Assembly: GCF_009914755.1 (NCBI RefSeq)
Contig: NC_060935.1
Length of the DNA: 64,000 nt
Reading direction: 5' to 3' (one strand)
From: the human T2T-CHM13v2.0 reference genome, Homo sapiens
Below are positions 56,591-64,000 of the stretch, one piece after another (the stretch's first letter is position 1; every line of letters starts with the position of its first letter). A program made the translations under genes and the position numbers. The notes under the pieces were generated by a model. The model ran no database searches. It worked only from the letters and a program-made list of their open reading frames with translations, and was not told the DNA's origin.

Positions 56591-58119
56591 TACATTACAA
56601 TGGACAACTGTAGAGAAAATTCTGTATTAGTGAAAAGTTAGACTAGATGGTTTCTAATGTCCTTTTCCAACTGGAAGACTTTTATATCACTTTCTTCTTT
56701 ATAATATCATTTCAGAGCCACAATCTGAAAACTCCAGTTCCTTTCTAGTTTGAGTCTCTGTTAGAAAATTTCTGTCCATTATAAAATACAACTACTTATT
56801 CATAACACAGAGCAAATACAACAGTCTCTTCTAATTTATAACAGCATATAAATATTGTATAATGTTCTTCTTTCCCAATACTTCTAAGTCTCTTAGGGCA
56901 TTTATAATACAAAGACAAATACTAATTTAAGTTCACTTAATTTCCTGGTATTTACTCTTAATCTTATTTATTAAAAAATTCAATAATTGTACAAAACACA
57001 GAGAACTCACTCTGTTGTAGATCTATATGTTGTCACTCTTTAGTTCAGCAGTATTAACTAGAATCAATTTCTTCTCGGGAAAGATACATTTTCAATGATT
57101 TTTTAACTGAAGTATTTTAGAAAAAAAAAAGCCTTTCCCTCAAGCTTCCTTTGTAAAGGTTAAACATACACACTCACTATGTGCTGCGTGGATCTTATAA
57201 TACATTTTGGGAAAACTGAGTCATCCAATTTTCTGTGTTGATAGCAATCTGAGTATTCTTGCCCCCATAAAAGCCATCAAAAGACATGAAGCTAAAAAAG
57301 ATTTCAGTACCTCTTCTATTCTCTGAGATAAATGTTTAGGGTTACATTTAAGTAGGTTGATTTTTCATGACTCTACTACTCTATCAAATCAACACTTTAT
57401 TCACATTGATATTTATGACTCTTTTCTAACTCCATGGTACATAAATAAAGTTTATAGGTACTGTCAAATGTTGTAGACGAAATGCTTAAAAACAGAATCT
57501 TACCCTTGGAAATATAACTAGGAGCTATATCAAGATGTTCTGAAACCAACAAGAAATATAAACACAGACTATTGTATTTTAAAATATCTAGGTTTTCAAA
57601 GGCTGCAGGGATCAGTTCTATTCTAATGATTAAATGGCGGATTCACACAAATGGTCTATTCCAAGACCACCGACTCCACCTGTGCCTTTGTTCCTTCATC
57701 TGAGAACTTTTTATCGATGCTTTCCTTTCTCTTGGATCGTTTGGTTTTTCTCTCTTGTGTCAGTTAATCTCTCCCTCACTACTAGAAGTTTTACCTTCCC
57801 TACACATATGAGTTTCTCCTCTTAAAATGGTCTACCTGTGACCTGGTTAAGTAACAATTCTCTTTCTTTTATTGTCAAAGAATGGGAAAAAATAATTTCT
57901 TCTCATGGTCTTCCTTTTCCTTTCACTCTCACCTTAACTTCTTGAAAAGTGAGTTCATATCCAATCTCTATGAGGACTTTTCCTAGCCCTCACTGTCCTC
58001 GGATACTCTATTGAATTTCCTATGTTGAAATTATAATTCCTTTTCTCTTTCCTTTGTGGAAATTCTTTCTTCTCTAAATTGCATGCAGCTGTGTTCTTTT
58101 GGTTTTCTTCTTATGGGAT

Positions 58120-58240
58120 CTAAACGTTGGGCAGGCATAGAATTCTAACTACCTAGATCCAATTCTTACTCCATCGTCAGCTGCTGCATGACCTAGCACA
58201 AATTACCTCACCTCTGCATGCTTAAGTTTCTTCATTTAGG
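58120..58240 (+). mobile_element. MIR fragment
   Basis: catgacctagcacaaattacctcacctctgcatgcttaagtttcttcatt. Confidence 0.6.
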
Positions 58241-58711
58241 CCAAGGTCTTATCTTTAGAGCAGGTAATCTGTCAGTCACTGCCACTAAAAATTGTTAAAA
58301 TCTCATTAAACTAATGGGTCTCTTTAAATTAAGCCAAATCCAAAAGAAAATTCCCACACAATAAAGTTAAATATATAGCTGTTTTTGAAAATCAATATTA
58401 TATCATAAGCAATGGGCTTCATTGCATCTTACAAAGTTTTTGACTAACAAATAGAATAATGTATGTTAAACTAAAATATAATAAATATGCATGTTTTTAT
58501 GCAATACTTAACAAATATTTGAACATCCATTAAGTACTGGAAACAGTACCAGCTACCTGGATATACAATAGTGAGTAAAACATGTCATATAATAGATGTT
58601 AACATAGTAACATTTGCAGAATGAATAGACTCATTCATTCTTCAATTTAACTGATGCCACTAGAATTTAAGAATTCAAAACTTTCATTTTAAGATTGTAA
58701 ATAATCATCTT

Positions 58712-58855
58712 ATTTGTTTTAATTTATTTTATTTTTGTTTTAAGGAGAGAGTCTGGCTCTGTTGCTGAGGCTAGAGTGCAGTGGCAATATCATAACACAG
58801 AGCAGCCTCGAACCCCTGGACTCAAGCAATCTTCTCGCCTCAACCTCTTGAGTAT
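58712..58855 (-). mobile_element. AluJ right-arm fragment
   Basis: T-rich tail plus ggctagagtgcagtggcaatatc...ggactcaagcaatcttctcgcctcaacctc. Confidence 0.85.
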
Positions 58856-59037
58856 TTATGCAAAATAAGGCCCACAATTTCCTGTTGCAATGCAGAAATC
58901 CTTTCAAATCTCTAAAGTTAATAGTTTTAAAGTTTGAAATTCACCTTGGTTAATATTTTATATCATTTTATCCATTTGTCCCAGAGTCTCTGAAATTACG
59001 TTATCAGCATAGGAAGAATATGAAGACTTTTATTTAT

Positions 59038-59345
59038 TCATTTATTTATTTTATTTTTGTTGAGATAGGATCTCACTCTGTCATCCAGGCTGGAGTGAAA
59101 TGATGCATTCATAGCTTACCGTAACTCGTAACTCCCGGGCTTAAGTGATCCTCTCACCTCAGCCTCTGGAGTAGCTGGGACTACAGGTGTGCACCAACAC
59201 ACCTAGCTAATTTTAAAAACGTTTTTGTAGAGATAGAATCACATTGTGTTGCCCAGGCTGGTCTCAAATTCCTAATCTCAAGCAATCCTCCCACCTCAGC
59301 CTCCCAAAGTGCTGGGATTACAGGTGCAAGACACTGCACCTGACC
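59038..59345 (-). mobile_element. AluJ
   Basis: Full diverged reverse Alu. TSD tgaagacttttatttat at 59021-59037 and 59346-59362. Confidence 0.93.
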
Positions 59346-60546
59346 TGAAGACTTTTATTTATAATGTTAAGTTCAACTCTAAAATGAGTAGTTTCAGTTT
59401 AGAGAAGTATATATTGACCTGAAGTCATACTGAAACTGAAAATCTTGTATCATACACTTTCCTGAGGATAACTTTTGGGGAGGAGAAGATTCTTAGCATT
59501 ACAAGCATTTAGCATAGGAAAAAGTAATGTGTTCACCATTAGTACTGCTACTGAAAATGTGTACAAATGTGAAAACAGGAAGTTCAGCTTGGAGTGAGGG
59601 GAATCATGGTTTTCCACCCTCAGAAGCTAACAGAAGAAAAGAAAGCCAAATCTCCTATCACGCGAGCTAATACATAATGTTTATTGTGTATAGTAATTTT
59701 GGTAACAATATGAATCTATATTTAATAGAATGTGCTCTGGGAAATACATTGCAATAAATGCTATTGCTTTTATAAAATTACCCTATTCTTTTTATGTAAA
59801 GACATACCTTATTGTCTATTACTTTAATATCAGTTCAAAATATTTATTAATCTGCTTAAAATTGCCTGCTGGATGGCACATTAGAATGCTCTATATAATT
59901 TATGACATAATTTTCCTTTCCCTTTGTATTTTCTACATTTAGTCATTTCTGAGAGAATTCATTACCTTTTTGCCACAATTACATTATGACTTCTGATAAA
60001 TATAAGGGTATCAGACAAGATTGCTCTTGCACTGATATAAAAGTTTTTTATTTTATTTCATTTGACTTTATCATATTATTAATATTTCTTTTGAACAACA
60101 AGTATTTCTGCTCTTTTCTGAGCCTGTTAACTCAGTTCTTTACTCTTAAGTGGGACAAACCTCTCAGATACAGCCTTTCGACTTTTTATTTTACTTCATC
60201 TTTCCTCAGTCTCCTCTTTCCTATCTCTCCCTGGATGAGTGGGTTCAGGGGTGCACATGAACTTAACCAAAAAAAGAGCAATCTCAGTGACAAAATGCAA
60301 TTAGAATGAACAAGGTAGATCAATTCCATTTCCTCTCTCTTTTCCATATGTCAAGATTATCTAAATGCAGGATATTGCCTAAGATTGCTATTTTTACTTT
60401 CAAAACACATACAAAACATCCCTTAATAGATCTTCTATAAAGATTTACTCTTGATTTCTCCTGTAAAAGGGAAGTCTGATTTCCCTCTGCCTACAAAGCC
60501 AGAGCAGAAGTCTTCAAATTTTAGGTTGGAAAAATAATCACATGGG

Positions 60547-60879
60547 TGTAAGGAAAATGGCTGTGCTCCAGTCAGGAGTAGGCAGAGGCAGACATCCGGT
60601 ACAGCATGACACAGCGGGTTTGGAGCGCAGGTTCACAATTCTGTGCACTAATCCACATTTATGTAGCCGTGTTCATGTAACCTGTTTGTGTGAGTTCATA
60701 TCTGGCTTTGAGCCACTGTTGTCTGTGAAAAATATAACTACACTGCTGACTCTGTAGGAGAGAGTGGAGAGAGAATAAAGCCATGTCCCAACTGGCTATG
60801 GTCCCTCGAGTGTTCTTTCAGCTACCTGCCACCTGTCCACCAGCTTCCCTCAAACCCCAGCTCAGGTTGGAACCTGACA
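60547..60879 (+). mobile_element. LTR18-family (ERVL) solo LTR
   Basis: tgtaaggaaaatggctgtgc...cagcatgacacagcgggtttggagcgcagg...aataaagccatgtc...gaacctgaca matches the recalled LTR18 consensus, with TG...CA ends. Confidence 0.8.
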
Positions 60880-60899
60880 GTCAGTTTCCTGTGAAAGGT

Positions 60900-61026
60900 G
60901 TATATTCTTCAGAGATACCCTCATAGACACTGATTTCATGAAGCTGAGTGGCCTCAGCAATCTGTATTTTAGAAAGTATTTCATGTGATTTTGGTGCAGA
61001 TAATTCAAGGACCATGGTTTGAGAAA
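60900..61026. mobile_element. MER5A-like fragment
   Basis: gcaatctgtattttagaaagtatttcatgtgattttggtgcag...ggaccatggtttgagaaa. Confidence 0.55.
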
Positions 61027-61729
61027 TTTTAGCCTGCATTTCAGTTTCCTGCAAACAATTTCTTTAAAAAGGATCCAAACTGCCATTATTCAAATAAAAA
61101 TGTTAAAGTCTAAACCTTAAGGTTATAAAATTATGGGAGGAAACAGTGGCAGTCTTCTCATTATGTCTTTTGTGGAACTGATAGTTGACTCAACACCCTA
61201 GGGATTTGTACAGATCAGAGTCAATTATTTCATGAGCCTTTTGTCACAGTCTACCAATTTAGGGCAAGTGGAATAAATACTATGAAGGGTTCAATCATGC
61301 CGGAGGATGAGAATATGGTGGGAGCCCGATTTCTACCAGCTTTCCCAGAGTGATTCTGGTGGGACACAATGTTTGATGAGTATTTTAAGAACAGATTATA
61401 AGTCATGTAGAAAGTCTTTCTTAATTCAGTAGGCAACGGAATAATGTTAAAAGTTCAGCCACAGAATTTCCCTACTTTCACACAGGCATCCAGAGTAAGG
61501 GAAGTCTGTGTCTAGAATAAAACCATAACCAATGTTCAGAACTAGTTGGGTGATCACATTTTTTAAATAATTTCTCCATATTTGACTAAGATATTTAAAT
61601 AGATTATCTGTGTTAAGCATATATGATATCATCATTTTTTCTTTTATATAAATGAAATTGCTAAGATCAAATTATCAAATGCATTACCTATCGAAGCAAG
61701 GTCAAGAACTGCCTTCCCTATTTCTTTTA

Positions 61730-62135
<406 letters not shown>

Positions 62136-63019
62136 TTAGGAATTCTAACACTCAGAGTGAGATAAGCCTTGACAAAATATAAACATTTCAAAAAGGCATT
62201 TATAAAACTTATTATGTGCAAAGTGAGTTTCGATGAAGGCATGACCCCGATATTTGAGGCAGATGATCAGTGTGCACACATGATAATGAGAAATAAAATA
62301 CTGTTTCTATTTTACCTAAAGTTATAGTTCAGGCCACCAATTTTTTTTAAAAAAAAATTAATAGTTACTTGTCTAGCACTGTTCGCATTGCCAAAGATAC
62401 AAAGATCATCAAACGTAATTCTTAGTGTTGGAGAGTAGTCAGGAGTCTGAACAAATTCTAATACTTTATTTAAAATCTTCTTTATGTTGTCCCCAGTTTA
62501 AAAAGATGAGACTAACAGAGTGGCATTCTTTGTGTAGGCTTGGCTCTCTGTTAGTAGAGTGCCGTCAACAAATGTGTAAATTTGATGTGTGTGTGTTTTT
62601 TTTTTCTGTTTTTATAATAACAAAACTGAAGAACAGATTAAGGATAACAGGCTTCAAATTAGTAAATCACAAGTAAAACATATGTGTAAATAACCCATGG
62701 ACTTTTTTACACCACAAATAATGATAAAATAACAAGAAATAGTTAAAAAGAAATAGGATTTTAAGACCTTAAGAAAATTATAGGAAAATTCATGGATGGA
62801 TAATATAAATCCAATCTCCTAATCCAAAGAATAAATTTGTATCATATGGAGAAATTTCAAGAGATAATCTCAGTGAATTAATGTTTCAAAATTATAGAAT
62901 ATAAGAAACATATTAGAATTTTAGAACTAAGGAACTGTTTTCCTGGCTTTTAAAAGAGTAAAATAAAGTTATTATGTATATGAGAGAAAATAGACCTTGA
63001 AAAACAGTGGTTTTCTTCC

Positions 63020-63330
63020 TTAGAAAGAGAATCAGTGATGACCAACACGTATCATAGGTAATATATATGTTTGTTTTTTAAATATGTTTGTTTTTTAAAT
63101 TATCGATAGGATTCTTGTACGCAGGGATTGGGAAATGCTGCCTAGGTAATATATTTGAATTTCAACAAGACATTAATCTCTGAAAATGTTTGTTAGGTGA
63201 ATTAATAATTGACAAAAACTATGTATCTTAAAGTACTGGATAATGTTAAGTTTTCACCTGAAGGAAAATTACTACTAGTAAACTGTGGACGTTTAATTCT
63301 GTCTTCTGTTCACAAATCTAGGTCATTCTT
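63020..63330 (+). mobile_element. L3/CR1 reverse transcriptase relic
   Basis: gggaaatgctgcctaggtaatatatttgaatttcaacaagacatt resembles the CR1 YLDFSKAFD-coding segment; very diverged. Confidence 0.4.
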
Positions 63331-63749
63331 CAATAGGGGATAGCTCGTGAGGAATGTGCACGGCTGAGAGAAATCTCAGCTTAAGGACGAACTGGAAATT
63401 TACCCAAAAGATTGTTCATGTGACTGCCAGGCAGAAAGAGAAAGTTAAGAAGGGTAACCAAGAAAAAGAGCTGGGATCAGAGGTGCAGAATGAACAGATT
63501 AGGTATTCAATCTAGAGAGGCTAAATATAAACAGAGAAAGAGTACAGGTTTTACCAGCCAAAGACACTGAAAGAATAGAGTAAGATACATCTTAGTGTGA
63601 TATTATTTGGTATTTACGTTAGTGCTGACTGCTTCTCCAGGTGGCTTTTAACACACAGACGAACATGTTGAACCAGCAACACTTCTAACAGGGGTCAAAG
63701 CTGAAGATACCATCTTCCTCTACTGCAGACGCTCCCTAGAACGTTGGCA

Positions 63750-63933
63750 GTCATTCAGGGACTCCACAAGGTCACAGTCATAATATCATTGAGACATCGT
63801 CTTTTTTTTTACTGTGCTGTCACGTTCACTGACAGTGCAAAAACTATGGTGAGCAAAACTGCTGGGGACTTAACCACAAACCAAGGTAGTGGCAACAAAT
63901 TGTATTTGTGGTCACTGCATTCTTCACTGTCAT

Positions 63934-63967
<34 letters not shown>

Positions 63968-64000
63968 TGCATATTTTACTTATGAATGTCCTTGATAAAG
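63750..64000 (+). mobile_element. Charlie1-type hAT DNA transposon fragment (runs off the window end), with (CA)n
   Basis: Translates to TDSAKTMVSKTAG (Charlie1 transposase TDGAKAMVGKTAG); followed by cactgcattcttcac (HCILH) and aatgtccttgat. Confidence 0.8.

Overview
AT-rich, CpG-poor primate genomic DNA, very likely human because it carries an AluYa5 with all five diagnostic bases at 28067-28386. It looks intergenic or deep-intronic. I can support no protein-coding gene, RNA gene, CpG island or CRISPR array: the supplied ORFs are Alu-, L1-, LTR- or microsatellite-derived, or look like chance ORFs. Much of the window is a nested mosaic of transposable elements: an ERVL gag-protease relic; solo LTRs (MER31-like, MER34-like, LTR1, LTR18, MLT1, MLT2); L1M, L1PB, L1MA and L1PA fragments; about 13 Alus; L2, MIR and L3 relics; and DNA-transposon fossils (MER5, MER47, Tigger2b, Charlie1). 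Family names are recalled from consensus sequences, not from a database search, and the boundaries of old elements are approximate. I did not find a new biological system. The most unusual directly visible structures are: (1) two short inverted copies of nearby unique DNA that sit inside (TA)-rich tracts (34 bp at 24294/24364; 28 bp at 48704/49755), which look like templated repair scars; (2) a twin-primed, 5'-inverted L1PA inside an LTR1; (3) a young, possibly polymorphic AluYa5; (4) several isolated exon-like segments with strong splice signals, possibly from a lncRNA, all unproven.
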